Below, piece after piece: positions 10,810 through 22,200 of a stretch of DNA of 64,000 nucleotides. Numbering within the stretch: the stretch's first letter is position 1; every line of letters starts with the position of its first letter. The stretch lies in the NCBI RefSeq assembly GCF_002113885.1, contig NW_018408705.1, positions 334,000 through 397,999 of the forward strand, in the 5' to 3' direction. The notes under the pieces are model-generated. The model was not told where the DNA came from. It ran no database searches and saw only the letters and a list, made by a program, of their open reading frames with translations. The DNA comes from Mizuhopecten yessoensis. Taxonomy: Eukaryota. Both the position numbers and the translations under genes were made by a program.

Positions 10810-13384
10810 GTATGATGATGACAATTCTAATGATAGACCTGTGTATAAATGGAAGGAGGAGTACCAACATCAATTTATCGAATCTGTAAGAGTTAATTTA
10901 GACTTAATAAAGAAATCAGTTTTAATCAATGATGAATTAAATCAATATTCTATTGATACCTGTGTAAGTAATTTTACTGATGTTTTACTAGGGACTATGA
11001 AACCATTTTTTCTAAGAAAACCGCCCAAAAATAACACTGATAAGCCCCCTGTTAAAGTTGACACCCACACCTTTTCTAGTTCCGAAGATAAGCCCTGGTT
11101 TAATGATCGTGTTAGAGCTCTACGTAAACAATATTTAGTTGCTTTAAAGAATTTCAACATTAACAAATGTTACTGGACACACACTCTTCTTATCCGTAAG
11201 AAAAAAGAGTACAAAATCCTGGAAAGTAAGTTTAAGAGGCAATATTTGAGCGCAGAAGGTGATATGTTGGAGTATATGAGAAAACATAACCCCGGGTCTT
11301 TTTATAAGAAATTTGGTAAGAAGAAAGCTAAAACACCAATGTGTAATGGTAATCAACTGTTCAATCATTTCAAAAACCTGTCTTCTGTACAACAAAATAA
11401 TGATCCAGTCCATCATGACGATTTTATTCTTACTGATTATGACACTGTTTTTGAGGAATTAGATGCTCCTATTTCGTTACAAGAAGTAAAAAATGCTATT
11501 CGGAAATTGAAATGTGGTAAATCACATGGACCTGATGGTTTGTTAAATGAATGTTTAAAAGCTGGCGTGGAATTACTTCTTCCAACTTTATCTACGTTGT
11601 TTAATTCTATACTAGAATCTGGTTATTTTCCTTCTAATTGGTCGTCAGCCATAATTATTCCTGTCCATAAGAAAGGTGTTTTAAATGACCCTAATAACTT
11701 TAGAGGTATCAGTTTAATTAGTTGTCTTTGTAAACTTTTTACCTCTGTACTAAATAAACGTATTTTAGATGTGTGTACAAAATATGACCTTATTACTGAT
11801 GCGCAATTCGGATTTCGTCCAGAACTTAGTACGATTGATGCAATTTTCGCATTACATTCTATTATAACGAAAACTTTATCTTCAAAGAAACGTTTGTACT
11901 GTTGCTTTGTGGACTTTCGCAAAGCGTTTGATTTTGTTGATAGATTAAGCTTATGGCGTAAGCTGACTAAGCTTGGTATTCGTGGGAAAATGTTATCCGT
12001 CATTAAATCATTTTACAAATCAGTTAAATCTTGTGTATCAACTAACGGTAAATGTTCTAATTATTTTGAGTGCAGTGTTGGATTAATGCAAGGGGAAATA
12101 TTATCGCCTTTATTGTTCTCAGTTTTTGTTAATGATTTTGAAACCTCATTTATTGAAAATGGTGCAACGGACTATGACTTTGGTGAATTAAGTTTGTTTT
12201 TGTTAATGTATGCAGATGACTTAGTATTGTTTTCCGAAACTATTGAAGGTTTACAGAGTCTTTTAGATAATCTGAATGTGTATTCTACTAAATGGAAATT
12301 AACAGTTAACACTGAGAAAACCAAAGTAGTTGTATTTAGAAACGGTGGTAGTATACGAGATAGAGAAAGATGGATGTATAATGGTTTGGAGGTGGAAGTT
12401 GTAGATGTTTTCAGCTACCTAGGAGTAAAACTGAAATTCAATAATAAATTTAATCATATACAGAAACAGTTATCTGACCAAGGAAGAAAGGCCATGTATG
12501 CTCTTTTTTCAAGCTCTTCTAACTTGAGCCTAAACTGTACAACGTTATTGCATTTATTTGATACGTATGTTTGTAGTATATTGCATTACGCATGTGAAGT
12601 ATGGGGATCTACAAAAGGTACGGATATTGAGAGGTTACACCTACACTTTTGTAAGAAGATTTTAAAAGTTAAGAAGTCGACTTGCAACGCAATGGTTTAT
12701 TTTGAATTAGGTCGACATCCTTTGGAAAATATAAGAAAATTCAGAATGATAAAATATTGGTTAAAACTAATGGATTCGAAAAATTGTATTTTGCAAACTG
12801 CGTATTCCTTTTTAAGTAGTAGCAATACAGGCAATTGCTTTAACTGGGTTAAGTATGTCAAACATTGTCTTTTTTCTCTCGGATTCGCAGATGTATGGAC
12901 AAATTATTATTCATATAACCATAAAAGTATTTTGTACATGATAAAGCAAAGAATATTTGATCAAAGTCAACAATATCTGAGAGGGCTATTAGAAACCTCA
13001 CCTAAATGTATTTTATATAAGCACTTAGCAAATCACCATACTCTTCAATACTATTTGACAAAGTATATTCCAATGAAATACCGGATCTGTTTATCTAAAC
13101 TTCGTCTTTCTGCACATAATTTAGCTATTGAGACTGGTAGATACAATAACATAACGAGAGAACAAAGACACTGTATGAGCTGCATTTCAGATATTGAAGA
13201 CGAATATCATTTTATTTTAATATGTAACAATTTTCATATTCTGAGAGTAAAATACATAAAACCATATTACTGGCGAAATCCTTCAATGTTTAAACTTGTA
13301 CAGTTACTAAGTGCTGATAATATCAGCGTTATTCGTAAACTTGCTAGATACATTTTTGAGGCAAATAAGGCACGAGTGACGTAA
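9908..13384 (+). CDS. LINE ORF2p: APE endonuclease, reverse transcriptase and C-terminal CCHC-type motif; no ATG at its start
   Basis: APE motifs SWNVNG, LSECW, GDLNSR, IDY, SDH. RT motifs NFRGISL, QFGFR, FVDFRKAFD, GLMQGEILSPLLF, YADD, YLG. Uninterrupted 1158 codons. Confidence 0.95.
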
Positions 13385-13483
13385 ACATGCACATCAATAT
13401 AATTTATATAAATGTCTATTTATGTATTATTGACATTTGTATCGTTACGGATTACATGTTGTTGTAGTTAATGTCAGATGTTA

Positions 13484-13490
13484 ATGATGC

Positions 13491-13521
<31 letters not shown>

Positions 13522-13529
13522 GAGGATGG

Positions 13530-13564
<35 letters not shown>

Positions 13565-13702
13565 TGAGAGCGTTAATGATTGTTGAATGCACAATAATGA
13601 TGTGGGAGTGATAATGAGTGTTGATTGCACAATACATATACGTAATTTGTAATTTATTGTAAAGTATAGTTATCCAATAAGTTGTCAAATAAAAGTTGAA
13701 TT

Positions 13703-13753
<51 letters not shown>

Positions 13754-13760
13754 TGTGTAT
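13484..13760. repeat. (GAT)n and (GT)n microsatellites in the LINE 3' UTR
   Basis: Read directly from the sequence. Confidence 0.95.
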
Positions 13761-14670
13761 CATATTGTATGTTGTCTCTGTATTGTTTTGTATATATGTT
13801 ATGACTGATAAGTCAACCGACTTAAAGTAATAAAGAACTTGAAGTGTAGGCGTGCATGTGTGTTTTGTATGCGTGCATGTGTGTTTTGTATGCGTACATG
13901 TGTGTTGTGTATGCGTGCATGTGTGTTGTGTATGCGTGCATGTATGTTGTGTATATATGCGTGCATGAGTGTTGTGTATGCGTGCATGTGTGTTTCGAAG
14001 CAGTGAATTTATATAGTTACATCCTTGCGATTACGCGAACCTGATGCCCAATTTAGAGGGTTACCTCACTGAAATAACATGCCGAAGGCACAAGGTATAG
14101 CATCCCACCTGGTCAAATTATACTGACAACGGTAAAATCAGTTGTTGGGATTATCCGTTATGCTGAACGTTTAGCAATTAACAGGGAATAACAACTACCA
14201 TGTTAAGGACTTTGATAGGTCCCGGCCTGGGGACAGAGTACACTGCCTTCCTCACTTGCCCACCTGTTCAATACTGAGGCCAGAAATGAGATATTGTCAA
14301 GGGAGGATCAAGGAACTAAATATATTTTAAAAAGGAAGTGTTTTTTTTTTTAATTTCACAAATGTTGCAATGGGTACAGGTTTATTTTGAAAGCACATCT
14401 TATATTCTACTGGGGGTTCCCATAACAGTGCATCTTACAACATGTAAGTGGTAAATGTAGTATAAGGTAAACAGGATTAACTTTGGGGAGATATTTTTTC
14501 GGAGGTAATGCTATCGCATTACTCTGAATTACTGTCAATTGACGTACGTGTATTGCAACTTCAATATCCCTTGGTGACGGTATGTTTATAAAACTTTATC
14601 CCTTACTTGTAGCATACAGTGATGATAGTTAATCAGATGCCATCTCCTTACAGTAGTGCATTATTCTAAA

Positions 14671-15173
14671 CAATTATTGACCTTTGCGACGGTGAATATG
14701 ATGTCATATCAGGTGCATATCACATCTTAACCATGCTTGAAAGCATATATGGAAACTCCCCGGAACCTGTCGTAGCGCATGCGCAGTTAGAACGGAACGC
14801 GATCTGTCAGACGACAAAAGAGGATGGCCGCTGCTTCGCCTCTGTTGCATCTAAAAATTCCAAAAACTACTTGCAGAACAAGATGTTTTTTAACACAAAA
14901 AGGCCATCGAACACGCAGTGTGTGTCCTCCATGCTTAGCTTAAGAAAAAGAACCTTGGCGATGTCTTCGAAAGCTACGATACCGAACTGTTGGATTTAAC
15001 CCTGGCTAAATTCTACACAAAGGCTCGTTCCAGCAAAGGTTAACTATACAATGTGTTTATTGTTGAAGCAAATAATAAAACAGTTATGGGATTTTCTGCT
15101 GGTACATATGATGTGATATGATCTTTTCAGTTTCATATCACATCATATTCACCAGCACAAAAGTCCATAATTG
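14671..15173 (+). mobile_element. Crypton-like non-autonomous element with a decayed coding relic
   Basis: Inverted repeats of about 40 bp at 14671, 15081 and 15132-15173. Frameshifted relic ...CFASVAS/FQKLLAEQD/KAIEHAVCVLHA*LKKKNL...LLDLTLAKFYTKARSSKG*LY resembles the N-terminus of Crypton/DUF3504-family proteins. Confidence 0.65.
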
Positions 15174-16423
15174 TGTAATAACAACAAGTCCACCAATCGT
15201 TTTATTATATGCGTCGACAATAAATTGGAAAAAAAAGAAACACGAGCTTCTAAATTAGATGGTTACTGTCATGTTGTATTGCAGGCTTCATTGTACTGTT
15301 TGTTTAAACAATACAATGAAGCTGGCAAACACACAATATTTTAGATTTCAATATTTTCCAATATTTTTTTCAGTGTAGGGAATGCTCCAATCTGAATAAG
15401 TACAACTGTTCATTATCACGTACCGTTAATAGCCGTAGGTATTTTTATTAACATCTCATTTTAATGAGATTGGGAATGCTCATATTTAGAGTCAACATTT
15501 ACAGGAAAATCGATTTACATGAGGTTTTGATAACTGGTCACGTGTTTCGAATCTGCTCCCTTTGGTGGAAGATTCCCCTTACACATCCCCTAGGGTATGA
15601 ACGAATCCATTAATCCTCATCAACAATTTAACCTGATCGAAACTTCTCTGTCCGCGTTTTGACAAGCTACACGTACATGCACTGCTATAGTTGCTGTCGT
15701 AATTTCATGAAAACAATCTATATGACGTCACGTCAGCAAGTAATGCGACGTCACCAAAAGCAGACCCTGGGAGTAAAGTCGTAGCATTTGGTGGATCAAA
15801 TCCTGTATTTCAGGTTAGAGAAAATATGCATTTACCATCAACAGACAAAAACATAGCAACTCTGGGGGTAAAATTCCTGAATGTTTAGGCTGAGGCGTGT
15901 AACCATGGGTTCGACATTTAAGATTTTGCCCTGAGGTTGAGGTCTGTCTATCTTACCCCAAAAGTAAAGAAGGGTTTTATGGGATTACTGGACAGTTACT
16001 GGCTTTATATTGCCATCACGGCTATAAAACAGAGCCAGATGCCTTAGAGTCCGACAGAATTAACCACATTTACTTGAATTTGATGTTGGTTATCTGTGAT
16101 ATGGTATTTCAAAAGGGAAGTCCTAATTAAAGTCAAATGATTGTACATGCATTTGGAAGCGTTGGCTATTTATTATGTTTTGATTACATTGATTTGGTAA
16201 TTGAGGTGCTGATACTGTCATTTCAATTAAACGGTAAGAGGTCAGGCTTTCCCCGCCAGTAAACAAAGCAAATAAAAGTCAGCTTTAAATTCATTCGCTT
16301 AGTGCATTATATATGGGGAAAGGTCTGTCATAAGTCATCAGACATAAATTATGGAGAAGTAAACAAACAAATGTAATAAATTTCCTCAGTTAACTTTGAT
16401 TTTTACCGCAGTTGATGAATGTG

Positions 16424-17330
16424 TTTTTAAGCTCACGAGGTCCACAGGACGGTAAACATAGGTCGTTGCGCTGCGATCGTTCAATTTAAAACGCTACTAG
16501 TCTTGAACGGCTCAGTGGACTTCGACTTAAATCCTTCCCCTCTTTCTATACGAATTAAGGGATGTAACCAAATTTTGTGCACAGCATCCTTGGGGAAAGG
16601 GGACTTAGTTTGTATAACGGTTGGTTGGTTCCCCTTTTGAAGCAGAGGGACGTAGTCCAATAAGGGAATCCAGAAGTACAGGTAAATCTTTCAAAATCCT
16701 CCTTCCCCTGTAGTGATTGAGTGAATTTAAACCAGATTAGATCATCCTTGGACGAATGGGACTAAATGTTTTATAAACGTAGAATGTGTCCAATCCCTCA
16801 TCCCTCCAACCCTACCCACACACTGAAGGCAGAGAGGCGGGGGCAAATAGGGGAAACATAATAAAATCTTTTAATCCTTCTCCTTCCATAAAAATGAAGG
16901 TTTTNNNNNNNNNNNNNNNNNNNNNNNNNNNNNNNNNNNNNNNNNNNNNNNNNNNNNNNNNNNNNNNNNNNNNNNNNNNNNNNNNNNNNNNNNNNNNNNN
17001 NNNNNNNNNNNNNNNNNNNNNNNNNNNNNNNNNNNNNNNNNNNNNNNNNNNNNNNNNNNNNNNNNNNNNNNNNNNNNNNNNNNNNNNNNNNNNNNNNNNN
17101 NNNNNNNNNNNNNNNNNNNNNNNNNNNNNNNNNNNNNNNNNNNNNNNNNNNNNNNNNNNNNNNNNNNNNNNNNNNNNNNNNNNNNNCCCCCCACCCCCCC
17201 GAGGGGTCCGCTAGGAAAAGTATGTCATGACTTGGAAACATTTGAGATCTCCACCTACCAACATACATACTGATTACAATTGCTAGGCATGAAGACACGA
17301 ATACATGCTATTAAGATTGGCACTGGGTTT
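16424..17330 (+). mobile_element. Degenerate HINE-like element spanning the assembly gap
   Basis: 5' box ttttaagctcac, followed by imperfect internal repeats (aaatccttc.cct...; catccttgg). Confidence 0.4.
16905..17186. other. Assembly gap (282 N)
   Basis: Run of N. Confidence 1.
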
Positions 17331-18234
17331 TGCCCCTCTATTTGGTTTATACCCCTCGGTTAAGACATGGAAAAGGCTCAAGTCAAAGTTTTTTTCCAAA
17401 TCTAACGAGACCCTTATATGCTTCCGTACACCTGTGTTCCGATTTTCAGAATAGTGTACTCGCGAGCAATGTCATGCTATCGTGTCTAGGTTATGACATT
17501 TCGGTGAGGTAGCACTTTGTAGTGGTCATTGCTTGTCAAATAATCTGTAGACATCGTCTTCCGATGCAAAACCATGAACAAGCAACGAAAACAATACGAT
17601 GACAAGAGCTTGCTTCCATTAATGCAATCAAATACACGTAGAAGATGCACGCTCACAACGTAACATCGAGTACGTATTGCAAGCGGTGGTGTTACATTGT
17701 ATGTACCTCACCGATGTATGATATTAATTTTGTCGATTTATTTCGGTTATATATTCTGACATGATAATACTTTTTGAACAATTGACACGAACCTGATATA
17801 TAAATTATTGATCATCCACACCACGTACAGTCAATCAATACGTCTATATATATACTAGTATAGTTGTGACTTCTGAACGGAGTTCTTGCACTTACCGATA
17901 AACTCATCCCCCTCTGCAAATTAAATATATGAAAACTTACCTGCTTATTGGTTTGGTTTTGTATTATTTGTTGTTTTTCAAAGAAACAACACCAAAACAA
18001 GTTTGTTAAAAAGGAAACTCCATTTGCAACTTGTACCCAATAATGACCAAACTAGATGAATGCATGTATTTTAACGGATTGTGCAGGAAATACAATTCCA
18101 AAGTTGTCTTCCTCGTGCACTATGTCAACGCAAGGCTCATCTTATAGTTTCAACATTCTCAATTTGTGTAACGATATTCATATCTACCTACACATTTATC
18201 AAATCAGTAATTGAATTATGAATACATACATACA

Positions 18235-18945
18235 TACGTACTTGCAAGGTCACATGCGTCAAATATGTAAAAACATTTAAACAAGTATGAACAATCAAAA
18301 GTTATTAATGTGGCCATTCGGTACAACATGCCCTCAAATTAATGACATTGACCTTCGTTTAAGGTCACAGGGATCAAATATGTAAAAACTTTGAAAAACA
18401 TCTCAAGAATAATTTAGAGGCCCTAGGTAATGGTACAAAGCGAGCAGAATACTGCTTTAAGAGCCTTGCAATAGATGACCTTGGAGTACATGGCCTACTC
18501 CTTGACATATTTTAACGTCATAAGGGTCAAATAAATTAAATACATTATACTTTTAAAGAACCTCTTAATATCTTAGATCTCAGGTTAACGATATTAATCA
18601 TTGGGCTTTACCTAAAATGAAATGCTAAATAAATAACCTTGACCTGCTTTCAAGGTCATACTGGTTTAATATGTGTGTGTGTGTGTGTGTGTGTGGGGGG
18701 GGGGGGGGTCTGGTAATCCATTTTTGACCAGTAGCATGTTTGGGTGGAGTGCCTTAAAGAATCAAAAAATGAATGACTTTGACCTTCTTTCAAGGTTACA
18801 AGGTTCAAATGTGTTTAAAAAGTATAAATTCTTCTGAATAACAAAAAGGCTAGGGGTAATGAAGTTGAGCCAGTATGTGGTTTGCAGTAATGCTCTTAAT
18901 GAGAAAATATCGAGGTGATCGATACAGGCCCTCTTAGCCTCTTGC
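18235..18945 (+). mobile_element. Degenerate 3' part of a HINE of the same family as 29706-31504
   Basis: Repeated gaccttgacc..ttcaaggtcac..gg.tcaaatatg cores. 3' box gaggtgatcgatacaggccctcttagcctcttg. Confidence 0.7.
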
Positions 18946-19205
18946 TTTTAAATGGAGTGCAGTGCTGATACCGCGGGATGACAGTCATGTATCAGGTAAC
19001 TTTACTAAACCTATACTCCTCATTAAATCATTGATCAAAATATTAAGGTCTAGAAATTATCTAGCAGTCATTTTTAAAATTGTTCAACGTTTAAACTGAT
19101 GTGCATTTTTGAAACATGAAATTAGATCGAATTTGCCACAAAAAGTATAAAAAAAAAAGAGTGTAAAACGGGACCTGTTGATGTATAGTCTAGTGTCACA
19201 CATTG

Positions 19206-19278
19206 CACCCTCGGAATTCCAGGGATTACGCTTACTTCGAGAACGTAAGTGAGCGTAACTCCGGGATTACCGAGGGTT
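19206..19278. mobile_element. 73-bp palindromic micro-MITE with 9-10 bp TSD
   Basis: Inverted arms accctcgg..ttacgcttactt / aagtgagcgtaa..ccgagggt, flanked by direct repeat (t)cacacattg at 19196-19205 and 19278-19287. Confidence 0.7.
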
Positions 19279-22200
19279 CACACATTGGTGATTGTTACCT
19301 CACTGGAGTAGAGTCCCAACAGACTCCTAGTCGCCATTTCAGGTAAATAAATTGGGGTTCTAACGGACTTCCCGTCGCCCTTGAAATGTCACAGTTTTTA
19401 CTGTTGTTTTACTCCCGTTAACAGAACACTATCGTACACAGGGTTACTCTGTCTAGTGTTTCCTCTTTCTGTAGTAGAATTTGGGCTCCATAGCATAGTC
19501 TAGATCATGAATGTGTTTTATCATATACGTTAGATAATTGGTAAACAAGCGTCTCGACGAGTTGAACATAAACAGTCGGTATCGCCTGGTAATCTAATTA
19601 GTTCGCCATAAAGACCTATTGGATCAACGCTACACTGTCAGATACAGACTTATGCATCGTTTTTACTTCAAAATCATATTTTATTAATTTAATAGAATGG
19701 ATATCAGTTTCGTTGATCTTAATATCGCTCTCTAAACAGTACAGTTTGCATTGTAGCTGTGGTTTTATTTGGCTCCCAGTTTTAAATATCGCCTTTCCTA
19801 ATCAATAACACGGGGTGGTAGATGATGCCTTTTGTGTGATATACTTGTAATTTGGAATTCATTTGATTTTTTTCTACTCTGTATCTAAACAAAAAAAATC
19901 CCATCGAAAGTATTTGCTGATGTTTTTTTTTAATACAGTCACTTTTTGCTATCAAGCAAAATGTATGTAATATTTTTTTCACTAAAATATATTGGTTTAT
20001 GTATTGTTCTGAAATATTGGAACTATGTTTTCTTTCGAATCCATATCCGTACTTTTAATTTTATTTTAAATCGCACGCATTATATTCCATTGCTCCTCGT
20101 GACCTTAGTCTAGCAGATACAATGTATTACGTACCACCATAGCACACTGATCTAGCAATTAACTACCGCAGAGATAGATTTACTCATAACAAATACTTTA
20201 TCTTAATTTTACTTTTCGCAAAAACTTTTATTTCCCCTGGCATTTCACGAATTTCTTTTTGTTTTTCTCGCCCACACTTCGATTTGTGCTACATGTAAGG
20301 GGACGTAATCAAGAATTGCTCCGTACGCGAGGAGGCAATCAACATATCGAAGCGTGTATTCCTTAATTACATTCCCCAACATTTAATGTCTATAAAATGT
20401 CATTCTTTATAAAAATAAATCGCCAAAACACGGATTTACCTGTCAGTCAGGAAATGAGGGTTTTCTTTGTATTCGAATAAATAACCAAGAAAGTGCTGCT
20501 AGAACCGATTTCTACAGTAATTATTTAATTTACTAACAAAATTGGACATATGCTATGTACGTAGAACGTGTTATTTTTGTTTTGAAACCAAATAAATGTA
20601 TTCCGTGTTTATATAAAAAGAAAAAACTCTGCGATGCATTTACAATGTATCTAGACTGGCTTCCAATGTCAAAGTTGTCAAACAAATTACGAATCCCATT
20701 ATTGAAGAGTATAATTTACCATGTACATGTTTTCATGTTTTACGATAAACAAACGCGGTTGCACCTTGTAATCATTTTTGTAGCTTGTCTGAATTGTGTA
20801 TATGGATACCGCCGGCCAACATACATGGTTCAATTAGCTTGTAATTCTCTCGGAATCTCATTCGATTTGGCGCTTATTGTCAATGCGAAGCGACTACGCG
20901 ACCGTTACAGTTGTAAATGGCGTAAAATTGTCCACGATGCCTCCAGAGATATTGCCGCAATAACGAGCGGAACGACGCGCCCATAAACATGTCGGTTCGC
21001 GCGTCCAACTACACGCAAAGCACGTGTATGCGCATGGTAACGCTCCAGTTTATTATAACTGGGTGTTATTTGTTTCTTCAGATTGTAAACGAATTGAAGC
21101 CAGAGTTTACGGTGCTGATCAGCTTCGAATTCACCGCGAGGGGAGCTGCACGCCGAGCGGTTGTCTCGTTATTAAGTCTACCGATTCAGGGCCATGCAAT
21201 TAATGCGACAAGACTCTGTAGCCGGAATGCACTACTTGTTACTGTATTTAATCAGTTGTACTTAATTTGAGTATAAAACAGGTTTAAATACCTGCTGTGT
21301 TTCCTCAGCATAAGTTTCTTTATAAGTACCCTGTCTACCGTAATTTTTATTTGTAATTAGAACAGAAACTATCCTCGCCGATTTTTTTAAATGCCCGTTT
21401 CCCTGATTTTAATTTTAATTTATCCTAGCCTCAAGGAAGAAACTAACTTACAAATTGGAGACATTACATTTTCCAAAAAAATACATAGAATTCAACTGTA
21501 AGCAAACTTGTAATTCCAATACGCCCAACCAATGTGGAAGAACAAATTGAGATGGGGGCTTCAAATGGGGTCAAGTAGAATTTTAGATAAGATGTATATA
21601 CAAAGAGGAAATAAAGTAAACATGTTTATCGAAATATACGAGGAGGGGGAGTCTTGATGTCTTCATGAATTCGGTAGTCATGAAATAGTGGGTCTATTTT
21701 GGTGTGATTGATCAAAGACACAACCCAAGTATTTTTCTAGAAAGCCCTGACTACGTGGTATATTTGAGAGAAAGCTAATATTAGACATGTATCCTTGAAA
21801 TAAAAAGAAAAGAAAATCCGTGTAAGGCATCACTGTTTGATTTCTCGGTGACATTTTGTGATAAATTGTATTACTGTCAAATCAATATTGTAGACTCTTA
21901 ATTTGAAGCCAAACGACGACCGCCTCGGAACGCATTCAGCAGGCTGTACTGTTACTATCACATGATGTAATGGTGGATATATCACATATGTTAATAAAAC
22001 AGTATCTATTACCTATCTAGCTGTTGATTACACGTACGAGCTATAAATCACACGCGTAGGAATTCACACAGAATGCAGGACGTCTTCATTGAAACCGTTG
22101 AAACAATCAACGGATAGTGTCATCAAGCAGCACCCAAATTGAATTCATGATCTGATTATTGGCCAGCGGTGTCAAACAGACGCTTGTAATGAAGTAGGCA

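Larger units (their letters stand above)
8316..13843 (+). mobile_element. Full-length non-LTR retrotransposon (LINE; probably RTEX-like) with 18-bp target-site duplication
   Basis: GTGTAGGCGTGCATGTGT flanks the element at 8298-8315 and 13844-13861. It has two long intact ORFs. The 3' end has a TAAGTC-aacc-GACTTA hairpin, AATAAA and a GAACTTGAA tail. The clade call is tentative and rests on the C-terminal SAHxLxIETGRY...CxxC...EDExHF...C motif. Confidence 0.92.
8180..14315 (-). mobile_element. Second copy of the same SINE family, with an expanded internal 21-bp minisatellite and split by the LINE
   Basis: Tail block tttaacgtcctaataacagcta at about 8200-8225 and body ttacctcactgaaa...catcccacctggtcaaattatactgacaacgg at 14060-14135 match 4555-4790. 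(GTGTATGCGTGCATGTGTGTT)n lies at about 8250-8340 and 13844-13995. Confidence 0.75.

Noticed and set aside
9019-12003. Antisense ORFs within the LINE
   Set aside because: Shadow ORFs of ORF1/ORF2 with no independent features.
16786-17298. ORFs spanning X runs
   Set aside because: Artefacts of the N gap.
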